Shown piece by piece: positions 41,574 to 52,628 of a stretch of 64,000 bases of DNA. This stretch comes from Paraphysomonas bandaiensis (taxonomy: Eukaryota; Protista; Chrysophyceae): positions 31,594 to 95,593 of the forward strand of contig CBFFRP010000294.1 in assembly GCA_965644295.1 (NCBI GenBank), given 5' to 3'. Each line of letters opens with the position of its first letter. Positions within the stretch are counted from its first letter, which is position 1. The position numbers and the translations under genes are program-made. The notes beneath the pieces are model-generated. The model worked only from the letters and a program-made list of their open reading frames with translations, was not told the DNA's origin and ran no database searches.

Positions 41574-43279
41574 CTAAAGCAAAATCAATGTCGGGTTGCT
41601 GAGATAGTACTGAAAAGCTTGAAGAAATTGAGACGCAGTAGGTTCATCAACAACCCTTCTATCCGATGACATTTGGACTGTCATGGTTGTGACTACACGT
41701 GGCTCGCCTCCATGTTCAACAGGTGGGACAACACGTTGAATACCTCCACCAACAGCCAATATACACGCCTGAGGGGGGTTGATCACAGCTGTAAATGAAG
41801 ATATTCCAAACATTCCTTGAAGATAGAGTGTAAACAAATATAGTACAATGTATAGGTATCATACCTAGGTTCGAGATTGTAAATGTACCACCTTGGTACT
41901 CCTTAGGCTGCAGTTTGCCATCGCGGGCACGTTTAGCGAGATCCTTAACTTTGTTATTGATAGCAGAGAGGCCAAGCTTATCCGCTCCTTCGAGAATTGG
42001 TGTTATCAGGCCAGTGGGGGTCGCCACTGCAACAGAGATATCCACAGAAGGGTTCAGCTCAGCAAATCCTGTGGATAGGCAAAGGGTGTAAGGGCGAGAG
42101 TCCGATAGATAATTCCTTACCTTCCGATGCAGACCAACGGCCATTGCACTCTGGAACATCACGTAGAGCCAGTGCAGCCGACTTAATAACCAGGTCGTTA
42201 ACTGAAACTGCGACACCAAAGTCTTTCTTGAGTGTCTGTCGCAAATTCATTAAACGGTCTATTTCACACTCAATTGCAGAATAGGAGTGGGGGACTGTCG
42301 CCTTCGATTCGGCGAGTCTCTTTGCTATCACTTTTCTCATGTTAGAATTGGGCAGGTCGGTGTATGTACCCTGAGGTAATATGGATATAGAAGGTGCACT
42401 GCTGTTGGTGGAAGCAACAGTATCTTTAGTGACTGCAGAATCGGCAACACTGGAAGTGGCAGGGTCCACTGCAGGTTTCGAGACAGGGGTCGATTTTAAC
42501 CTCCCCTCTTGAACGCCTCGAAGGATATCCATCTTGGATATTATGCGTCCCCCTCTCTCCGATCCTCGAAAACCAGTTACATCAAGCCCTCGGGATGCCA
42601 CTATGAACCGGGCTGCAGGAGACAGGCGTGGGGCCTCAACATTGGATGTATCGCTGGCTGTTGAAGCTACAGCAAATTATGGGATGCATAGAACAGGCAT
42701 AGTCTAACATACCTGGCAATTCAGAACTATCAGGCTCTGGTTTATTCGCATTATCGACTGGGGAAGATCCACTGGGAGTCACAGAGTCTTCAGGTAGAGT
42801 TAAAAACTCTTTATATTCTGCTTCATCACCAACCATCAACGCTATGGGAGATCCACACTGAATCTCTTGACCTTTAATGGAAGCACATATGTTAATCATA
42901 TAGCATTAATACTGGAACACTAACCATTGGCCTCAACTAATATCTTTGCTAGTACACCTTCATCTTGTACCTATATAGTCATATGACTTGATCAGTACAT
43001 CTCTATAGGTACATACAGAGTCTATACCTCAAAACCAACAGATGCTTTATCTGTCTCTACCTCACAAAGAACATCTCCTGGTCCAAATGATTCACCAGGT
43101 TTTTTATTCCATGATGATATTGTGCCATGTGTCATAGTCGGGCTTAGTGAGGGCATAGGGATAGTAGTCACCTCTACAGATAGACATCTGTATAAGAGAC
43201 CAATAGGGACACTGTGTGGCACTAGAGCCCTCCTATATGTAGCCTGAATTAACTTTGGAGTGCACCCGTGCCTTAGCAT
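41574..43279 (-). CDS. PDHX: Pyruvate dehydrogenase complex E3-binding protein (PDHX-like), an E2 paralog
   Basis: Mitochondrial presequence, one lipoyl domain (ETDKA), subunit-binding domain 'LSPAAR', and an E2-like core with '[16 protein letters not shown]' and 'MSSDRRVVD' in place of the catalytic DHR. Confidence 0.75.
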
Positions 43280-43369
43280 GATGGGGTACTATGAATGTCG
43301 ATATGAATGAAGTTGTTAATATATAACCATATATACACACCACAATAACACAATAACCATACCACCAAA

Positions 43370-43403
43370 TACATACATACAAACATACATACATACATAC
43401 ATA
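43370..43403. repeat. (TACA)n microsatellite, left flank of the transposon
   Basis: About 8 units with one AACA variant, ending in the TA target site at 43402-43403. Confidence 0.9.
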
Positions 43404-43601
43404 TTGTGAGGGAGAGCGGGTGTGAAAAAAACTTTTTTTTCTCTCTTCTTCAATCTTCTTTGATCGCGATTACAAAACTTGCTCACCTACATTAAACAGT
43501 ACCATAAACCCACAATTACCATGATAAGCACTGCAAATCAAGGTGATTTCTTCTACAATGTGTTGAAGCAACCTTCTCTCACATGTTTGTCATTCGCAGC
43601 A
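43404..43601 (+). repeat. Left terminal inverted repeat (198 bp)
   Basis: Reverse complement of 46681-46878. Confidence 0.95.
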
Positions 43602-45285
43602 TGTCATCAGACAGCCAAAACTCTGAAATAGAAGAAGGTCTGTGGGTGCGAGTAAAAATTGTCGCTTTGACTAAATTTCGAGAGGAAGCACAGGCATTCT
43701 CTGTAAATCGGTCCGAGTTAACTTCTTCGACAGACCAATTAACGATTTGGGTGAGAATTACTGCAATTACTGCTAAAGATGTTTTAATATAACATTTTTT
43801 TTAGATTCCAGGAGGTAATCTTTTTGAAGACGATAGTAATATCTGGCGTGTCAAAGGTCATGCATTCTTGCATGCACTCGTTGAGGGCGTAGCGAGGCAA
43901 GCGTATAATCAAAAGTTATTGCCACCACTATCAGACTTCAACGACCAACTCAGGATAGACTTCAGCAGAGGTATTACTGTTCGAACTGCAACAAGTTCTG
44001 GTATCATTGGTAATTTCCACATGATCCCTCCCGATGGAGAATTGGACATACCGTTACTTCCCACTAGACGCCAGACAGATCACGATAGGAAGTGTTGTCG
44101 GGAAAACGCTTCCCACTATGTGGTGATTGCTGGTGTCCCGTTCCAAAATTGCCCAGACGATGTGATACTACAGAGACAGCTCAGCTTTGTTGATTCTTCC
44201 CTTGCGCTTGTTAAACATAAACAGAATGATCTTCCCCTCTGTAAATACATGCACTCAAAATATTTCAAAGTTGGCCTGAATCATCGTCCAGGAAATGATA
44301 TGAACACGTACTGGTCACCGGCAATGAAAGAAGCCATGACCGAGTGCAGTGAAGAGGGTCAAAGACTCTTCGAGCTTAATCCTCCAAAAAGTATGCAAAG
44401 TGGTATCCGTAAGCAGAGAGGATTTGGTCACGGTGGTCAATCAGGTCTTAAGCTTTCAACCGCCAGTGAACATGATGCGGCGGACACATCGAGTCATTTG
44501 GAAGCACAAAGGAATCGCTTGCATATCGAGCGATGTCGTGCCAAAGCTTGGAGCAAGAAAGATTTGATTTCTGATAGCAAATTGAAAGATCTACTCGAGC
44601 TTCCCGAGGGCAAGAAAGTAAAGAGCTACTCGCAGTTAAGAACATACTTATGTGAATACTTTAGTACCCTAGAAGGTGAAGAACGTGCAGCTGAAGACCC
44701 GTTGGAGTATGACCCGACACTCGATACATGGGTTCTCAAGTTGGATTGGATGGGTCAAGGCTTCCCAAAATATAGTGACCTCAAGGGGGGTAATAAGCCA
44801 ATACCTGCAGCCCGTGAAAATATCATATTCTCGTCGGTTCGAATAGGACCACACCCGCCACCACCACCGCCCCCTGCTCTACCAGCTCCTCCAGGTGTTC
44901 CAGCACAAGGTTGGCCTATCCCAATTGGTGTTCCCCCTGCTGGAAGTAGTGGCCCTTCTTTTGGTGTCCCTTTTCCCCTTCCACCAGACTGTGGACCATC
45001 GCCCTACGGGGTATACCCCCTCCTATTTATCCAACTGGGGGTTTTCCTTTTCAGCAGCAGCTTCCTCCGTATTACCCACAGGGATCTGCTCCTCGGCATT
45101 ATCCGCATCACATGCTGTATGGCTACCCGCCAGAATATTACCACGGCCACAGGGATTTTGATTATGCATCGCGTTATCGCCAACAGCGATTTGCCTGGGG
45201 AGAAGGAATGCGAAAGGATGAGAGGGGTGAGTGGATAGCATATGAGGCCGAGTATGAAATTCCTTATCCTGCCGACCCTTACTAA
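43601..45285 (+). CDS. Transposon cargo protein of unknown function (~543 aa after repairing one 1-nt frameshift)
   Basis: Exon 1 (43601-43750), GT-AG intron (43751-43804), and exon 2 in frame with ORF 43868-45238. After the GGGG/CCCCC runs at ~45008-45020, the P/Y/Q/H-rich reading continues in another frame to TAA at 45285. Confidence 0.75.
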
Positions 45286-45639
45286 ATAGAACAGATTGCA
45301 GTCAATCGTTATCTGCCGGGTCTCATTTATTATTTATTTCGAATCTTGGTAATTTTTGGATGAATTTAACACATACGCTCCGATGCATCGAAATTTAGGT
45401 TTAGACTCACTAACCGATTTTCTTTTTTCTTCTTAGTATGCAACTGTATGAACTGATATTTTAAATTCTCCACAAACTTTTCAAAATTTTGTTTTTTTGA
45501 TTTATTAATATTACTTGAATCTATTGCGTATAATTAATCATATTCTATCACGAAGTAGTAGCAAGCATATCACATTCAATCATCAGTACATCTATATTAG
45601 TAACTAGTGAGTAGAGTATAGAGTATAATCTGCAAATGA

Positions 45640-46670
45640 TCAATAGTTACAGGCTTCGCACTGTTCTTTCCAAGTAACGGTAATATCCACTCGATTGAAT
45701 AAATTGCACGCAGTTTCGGCAGTACAGCATGACCACAAAGCTTCATGTAGTTGAGCTGCAAGTGGTTTATATGCGTACATAATTCCCCACTTCTTTCTAA
45801 TGTGCGCTTTGGCAAGATGAAATACGGGTTCAATTGGTGAAAAATCATAAGAATAAGGGGGAGAAACACAACCATCACGCCGAATTCTGCACACATATTA
45901 TAAATATCTATCTTCACGTGCGTCGAAGCATTATCCATGAGCAGCACACTGCGATCCCCAGGAAAAGGGTTCATGTGGGGAAAGATGTCATGTTCTAGGG
46001 CATCTAGAAATGTATTATGATCAACATTTTCTTCGTGTACAGTAACAGCAAAAACTCCTTCGATAGACATTGCAGCAATGGCACAACAACTAACTTGGGG
46101 ATTGAAGTGGCCTATAACATCACCACTCACGAAGGCAGGGTAGCCATGTGGTGAACGCCCATATCGGCGTAGAACTTCTGCCGGCTTGAGATGTGATTCG
46201 TCCACAACAGCATAGCAGCGAGCTGGAATTTCATCCAATGATCGGGCCAAATTATTCTTATAGTAACGCCTCAAGCCCTCATTTCTGTTGTGGGAAATTC
46301 TTTGACAAACTTTTACGGTATAGCCCTCAGTGTTCATGGCATGCTTCATTTGGTGCTCCAAGTACGCCACGCCGTACACATTAAAAACCTTTTCGCATAA
46401 TTCTTCGTTGGAATAAGTTGAATTTTCTGCCAGCAACTCTTTAACAAAATTGATATGCTCGAGTGAAATGACAGTGTGGTGCGAATGGTGTGAAGACTCT
46501 GGTTTAACTGATCCAGTGTCCAGATATTTGTCCAACCACCTTCTAACTGTGCTTTGGGACACATCGTATTTCTCGTATATATGATCTAGTGATGCGGCCA
46601 CAGAATTTGTGATTTCCAGAGAGTGATCAAACACATCCAAAATTAAAAGACGGAAAGCCTCGGAATACAT
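45640..46670 (-). CDS. DD34E transposase (IS630-like DDE_3 with N-terminal HTH) carrying one 1-nt frameshift
   Basis: HTH 'VSQSTVRRWL', D1 'VVDESH', D2 'LLMDNASTH' and E 'PPYSYDFSPIE'. There are 34 residues between D2 and E once one C is restored in the C5 run at 45857-45861. Confidence 0.9.
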
Positions 46671-46680
46671 GTAAATATGG

Positions 46681-46878
46681 TGCTGCGAATGACAAACATG
46701 TGAGAGAAGGTTGCTTCAACACATTGTAGAAGAAATCACCTTGATTTGCAGTGCTTATCATGGTAATTGTGGGTTTATGGTACTGTTTAATGTAGGTGAG
46801 CAAGTTTTGTAATCGCGATCAAAGAAGATTGAAGAAGAGAGAAAAAAAAGTTTTTTTCACACCCGCTCTCCCTCACAA
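46681..46878 (-). repeat. Right terminal inverted repeat (198 bp)
   Basis: Reverse complement of 43404-43601. Confidence 0.95.
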
Positions 46879-47322
46879 TACATACATACATACATACATA
46901 CATACATACATACATACATACATACATACATACATACATACATACATACATACATACATACATACATACATACATACATACATACATACATACATACATA
47001 CATACATACATACATACATACATACATACATACATACATACATACATACATACATACATACATACATACATACATACATACATACATACATACATACATA
47101 CATACATACATACATACATACATACATACATACATACATACATACATACATACATACATACATACATACATACATACATACATACAAACATACATACATA
47201 CATACATACATACATACATACATACATACATACATACATACATACATACATACATACATACATACATACATACATACATACATACATACATACATACATA
47301 CATACATACATACATACATACA
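46879..47322. repeat. (TACA)~111 microsatellite
   Basis: 444-bp near-perfect array with a single AACA variant, starting at the TA target site. Confidence 0.98.
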
Positions 47323-47376
47323 CACATAATCATCTTAAAGTATATAGTGTTACTAGTTACTATAACTACAACAAAC

Positions 47377-48925
47377 ATGCTCACACTTACACTACTAATT
47401 CTTCTAAGTTACCATACACTATCTCTCTCTAGGGTCATCCTAGGTAACCAAATCCTTCGTGACACACGCTATCATAGCCTACATGGTCATCGTGTGGCTG
47501 TATTAACTAACCCTACTGGTGTATTCATGGATACATTAGATCATATCGTAGATATTATGTCCAGTGATACAGAGATTAATGTAGTAGCAGTCTTTGGTCC
47601 AGAGCATGGGTTTCGTGGTGATAAGCAAGCAGAGACAGGCGATGAGATGGTATATATAGACTCTGCTACTAAACTGCCTGTCTTCAGTGCATATAATATG
47701 AATTCAACTCAAATTGCAAATACAATGGAAGAAATGAATATTACTGCAGTTGTTGTTGATATGCAAGATGTGGGAGTTCGATTATATACGTTTATATGGA
47801 CCATGTATGACGTTATGGAGGGTGCTAAAGAGCGCTCTATGTATGGAACATCGAAGGTGAAAATTGTCGTCTGTGATCGTCCTAATCCTCTGGGTGGTGA
47901 GCGTGTGGAAGGGCCATTGTTAAATATGTCCTGCTGTTCCTCAGGCTATGGTAAATATCGGATCACACATATACACGGACTGACTATCGGTGAATTGAGT
48001 CTTCTTTTCAATGAGGATATCCGTCTTCCATCCTCACAGGTTGAAGTAATCCGGATGCGTAACTGGCACCGAGATATGAATTGGGAAGAAACTGGTCTCT
48101 TGTGGATTCCTCCTTCACCTAATGTCCCCACACCCAACACTGCATTGTCGTACGGAGCCACAGTATTTCTCGAAGCCACCACTATTGCGGAGGGAAGGGG
48201 GACGACTACTCCGTTTGAGCTGTTTGGTGCTCCGTTTCTAGATGCTCTGGTGAGTACGTAAAATGTTAAGGATTTTCTGCTATTATTTATACTTTGATTT
48301 TGATATGCTTAATTATTGTGTTCCTATCCACTAATTCCATACACACTTGATATTTCCATTGATTTTACAGGAGGTTGCATCTCGTCTGAATCATGATTTT
48401 TCTTGCCCTAACGGGGCTAGTGCATTCCGAGCAGCCTACTTTCAACCAACTTTTTCAAAGTATAATGGAAGTACAGTTGCTGGGGCCCAATGGATGGAAA
48501 ACAGAGAACCATGTGGATTGGCTACGCCGCCGTCTCTAGATATAAATACTACGAATAAGACTGTTTTTCGGTACGTTGTGAATACACCCTATCTTTTTGT
48601 ATCTTTTGATTTATCATATTCATTAAATAAAATTAAAATCATACTTTGTCATCTCACTGTGACGCATAGCAGAGGAGACATATTTTATAGCGGCACACTT
48701 ATTCTGACAGCTTTACGGGATATTAGTACCCCATCATCAGCCTTCGAGTGGGACGGGTCTTGGTTTGGTCATCCTGGCACAGAGCTCATAGATCAGTACG
48801 CTGGGACACCAGAGTACCGTCTTATGATCGACGCTGGTGTATCATCAGAAGATATATCCGCATATTTCGAATCGGATGTTGCACAATTTGTGAATCGAAG
48901 AAAAACTGTTCTGTTGTATCCTTAG
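47377..48925 (+). CDS. Secreted NamZ/DUF1343-family exo-beta-N-acetylmuramidase-like protein
   Basis: Signal peptide plus 'TNPTG', 'FGPEHGFRG', 'DMQDVGVR.YT', 'DRPNPLGG', 'HGLTIGEL', 'W.PPSPN.P' and 'EGRGTT.PFE..GAP'; introns 48250-48370 and ~48570-48669. Confidence 0.88.
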
Positions 48926-49762
48926 AATGGTGCATGCTGGAAGTGCATTGATATTTGTGTTGTGTTTAATTAGTGTTGATGTGTATAGAGCGTTTTGTTT
49001 CCGCTATTGCCTTAAAACGTCAGGACTGTTCTTCAACTAGCTGACTTCGTTTTTACATCAATTGTAAGTGGTGTGCCTGTGTGCCTTCATTTTATGAGAA
49101 AAATCAAATAAGCCATTACATATGTTTTGTATATTTTTGCTTATAAAACTGCATCATGCTGTTAGCAGGTTAGCAACATGATATTGTGTCTAGCATATTT
49201 CAAAATATTCACATAGTAGCCGAAATTGGAATGGCATATAAAATTGTAAAGTAGCAGCAGGAAGTCTATATGTTAGGGTGTGGTGTGTGCTTAGCCTTGT
49301 GTGGAACTTCTGTAAATGCATGAATGGCTCATGTGGAGCTTTAGAAATATTGTTGAAAGCAATAATGCTGACAAGGCTAAGTAAATATTAGCTTTGGCAG
49401 TAGTGTACAGGTTATTAACAATACTGATTAGAAATAATTATAAGGGGTATTTATTATTATATTTGGCGTTATCACGCCTGATAAACGGAATCTGATGACA
49501 GCATATAGGCAGAAAATAAACAAATATGCCTAACATTACACTAAGCAAAATATCAACCCACGCACAGTAAAATGTCACAGTTCAATTCCAAGGATAAATA
49601 AATGCCTTGGTAATGGCATTCCAGTCAAGAATATGGCTACCAGAGCGAACTTAGAGAACGAATTTATAGCAAACGGGTAGAGAGAGACGCTAACAGAATG
49701 GATACTAATCTAGAGTCTAACTAGTCCTGAGACGTGTACGTATGCCAACGTGCACAAGCTAT

Positions 49763-51415
49763 TTAATTTCGCGGTGCCGGCTCAAGACCCTCAATCTCTT
49801 CATCCTCATCATCGCTTACTTCCTCTTCCTCGTTCAACCAATTCATAAACTCTGTGGCCTGAACCAATGCATCGACCCGTCCAGGAAGTTCATCGAAGAG
49901 TTCGTCATCAAACCATGCTTGGAAGCCGGTGGCATCCACAATATCGAATTGATAAAATAACTGAAAGATTACCTCAAAATATGCACGCTTTCCAGATTTA
50001 GTATCAATTTTAGGAAATCCAATTTTATGACAGTACTGCTGGAGCTCGTAGATGGCCATCATCTGATCCTTAGCGTTATCTTGTAGAAGGGCAGAAAGAG
50101 CTGCACCGTATTCCGTAGGGTTGCACCAAGCTAAATCTGTGGGAGAAGATAGAGAAGATAGTATTTCTGAAATGAGGGCAGCCCCAGGGATTTTATCGGA
50201 ACGATTTGAGATTTCATCAGCAAGGGCTTCACCTTTCTTGTTCTCCTTAATGAGGGTCGCTGCAACAGAACGCTGGTTGGCAATGGCCGCTTTTTCAGCC
50301 TCCTTCTCTGCTAACTTTCTCTCCGCTTCCAGCCTCTCAGCCTCCGCCTTTGCAGCAGCTTTCGCGGCTTTCTCAGCAGCTGCTGCCTTGCGCTCTTCAG
50401 CAGCTTGGGTTTCCTTCTTGTTGGCCTTTTCAAGGACAGGAAGAGCAGCTAAACCAGCATCTCGGGCGGAAACCGGCTGCGTATTCCGAACATCTTGGGT
50501 AGCACGTGTGGCCCCACCAAACTTACCCGCAAATCGAGGGTCGTCGATAGGTTCCGCCTCCGTATCGTATCTGTTAGTTGATGCATAAGCACTACGTCCG
50601 CCAAACCCACGTTCAGAACGGCTATCATATCCCCGGTTGCCGAAATCGCGACCGCGATCTCCTCTGTTGTCTCCAAATCCACCCCAGCGATCTCCTCCGT
50701 CTCTTCCGTCACGGTCACCAAATGATCTGCCGCCACGGTCTCCAAATCGCGTATTTTGAGGGGCATCGCCACCAGAGCGAGAAGTTTTCTTGAAAACAGT
50801 CTCCCACTTATCAGCAGGTGCGGAAGACGATGCAGAGCCAGTGTCCATATTTCCCATGCGCTCAGTCACATCATTCACAGCAGAGGGGGCAGAATTATCT
50901 ACGGGCAGAGTACGGGGGGCAAGGTTCAATTTTGGGCGCTCTCCCACTGGAGCAGGTGGCATATCGCGGTCGCCGAAGTCCCTGTCACCACGGCGATATC
51001 CACCACCAAATCCACCTCTCCTGTCACCAAAATCCCCTCCTCTATCACTGTCTCCATATCCTCCTCTACTTCCACCACTTCTGTATGAGCGATCAGATGG
51101 ACCAGCACGTTGCCAAGGGCCAGCATCATCATCTGACCGACGATTGTCACGTCCATCAAACCCTCCCCCACCAAACCCTCTTCTATCTCCTCCCCCTCTT
51201 TCAAATCCTCCACCACCTCTTCCACCACCTCTACCTCTTCTACGGTCATATGGTCTATAAATAAGTATAACATTATGATAAGATGAATTATATGTAGATA
51301 TCGTATATACTCACTCTCTGTTGGGATCAGGAGCGGATGGAAGACTGGTATCATCTCCCTGACCACCATATAATGATGCTAAATCAATTTTTTGTCCTTT
51401 AACTTTATGTGCCAT
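49763..51415 (-). CDS. RGG/DRYG-rich eIF4B-like protein with C-terminal W2 (eIF4G/eIF5/eIF2B-epsilon) domain
   Basis: ATG at 51415 and intron 51314-51255, then RGG/DR repeats, 'ERPKLNLAPRTLP', a coiled coil, and W2 aromatic/acidic boxes 'LFYQFDIV...F.AW' and 'FMNWLNEEEE'. Confidence 0.75.
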
Positions 51416-51937
51416 TTGTATACAATAAACTTTCTATTGTTATGTAATTATATGGTAAATTCCTATTGTTTCAACAGTTCAGCAGCAGTCTGTACACACC
51501 GTACGTAGAATGTGGAATGGTCATGAAAAAAACATATAAAATCACATAGAATGGATGGTCCAGGGCCTAGATCTTTTAGAGGAAAAAAAAACTGAAAAAT
51601 TAAAATGTGGAGAACCATTCAACAAAGAATTTCTATAGTTTTATGACTTTGTAAAGCTGAAAATTGATGATTTTGATAACACCATGAAATTTTTGCGAAA
51701 ATTGGGGAAATTTGTACCTACCTCTAAATGAACAAAAGATTTTTTGTCTATACATACCTGCATGTGCATATAATTATGTAGATGAGGGATGGGATGCTGT
51801 GATACCGTACAGCTACACGGATAACTATATACACATAACAAACCGTGCGTGTTAAACTTAATCTACAATAATTATATATAATCTTTACACTCAAGGTGAG
51901 AGATTTGCTTAATTTAGTTATAATCTTAGTATAGGTT

Positions 51938-52628
51938 ATGTCAAACGATTTTGGTGAGCTCGTATTGGTTCTAGGGGACTTTCATATCCCCCACAGAGCA
52001 GCTAGCATCCCTGAAAAGTTTCAGAGAATGTTGGTCCCTAATAAAATGCAACATATATTATGTACTGGAAATCTTGTTACCAAAGAGCAATACGATGAAT
52101 TAAGAGGGTATTATATATATAGTGCATTATTTACTGACCGTCTAAATGATATTATATTTTTTGTGTATAGCCTCGCGCCGAATGTTCATGTAGTTAGGGG
52201 CGATTTCGATGACGACACTACATTCCCAGATTCTAAGGTTGTACAAATTGGCCAGTTCAAAATTGGGCTTATCCATGGACACCAAATTATACCTTGGGGT
52301 GACGCACATAGCCTTGCTATGATTCAAAGACAACTAGATGTTGATATCTTGATCACTGGTAATACCCACCGCAATGAGGTAAACGAGTATGAGGGTAAGT
52401 GGTTCATTAACCCTGGTAGCATCACAGGGGCCTACAGGTGTGTGAAAGTAAATTTTGCTTGTATAAACTCTAAATGCGCAATTGTTTTGTATTTTCAGCA
52501 CCCTAACCACAGATGTCACGCCGAGCTTTATTTTACTGGCTATCCAAGGGTCTAAAGTTGTTACCTATGTGTATGAACTTCATGGGGATCAAGTCGATGT
52601 TTCCAAGAGTGAGTTCTCCAAAGCTTAA
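51938..52628 (+). CDS. VPS29: Retromer subunit VPS29
   Basis: '[14 protein letters not shown]', 'ILCTGNL', 'VRGDFD', '[10 protein letters not shown]' and 'INPGSITGA'; two introns. Confidence 0.95.

Larger units (their letters stand above)
43404..46878. mobile_element. IS630/Tc1/mariner-superfamily (DD34E) DNA transposon with 198-bp TIRs, TA TSD and a second cargo gene
   Basis: Inverted repeats 43404-43601 and 46681-46878 (TTGTGAGGGAGAGCGGGTGTG...) are identical by eye, flanked by TA on both sides, and enclose a DDE transposase. Confidence 0.95.

Noticed and set aside
43868-45238. Cargo ORF as a Fanzor/TnpB RNA-guided nuclease
   Set aside because: No RuvC D-E-D motifs (such as DPG) and no CxxC zinc finger are visible, and its 3' end faces the transposase rather than a transposon end.
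46879-47322. Telomeric repeat or a Tc1 excision-footprint array
   Set aside because: It is interstitial with genes on both sides and does not resemble a G-rich telomere unit. The element's ends are TTG/CAA, so its footprints would not be TACATA.
46787-47384. Long MYVC/HTYI-repeat ORFs
   Set aside because: They are translations of the stop-free (TACA)n microsatellite, not genes.
50121-51264. Plus-strand ORFs antisense to the eIF4B-like/W2 gene, and similar antisense ORFs over DHX37, CCP and CNX1
   Set aside because: Shadow ORFs of real coding sequence on the opposite strand.
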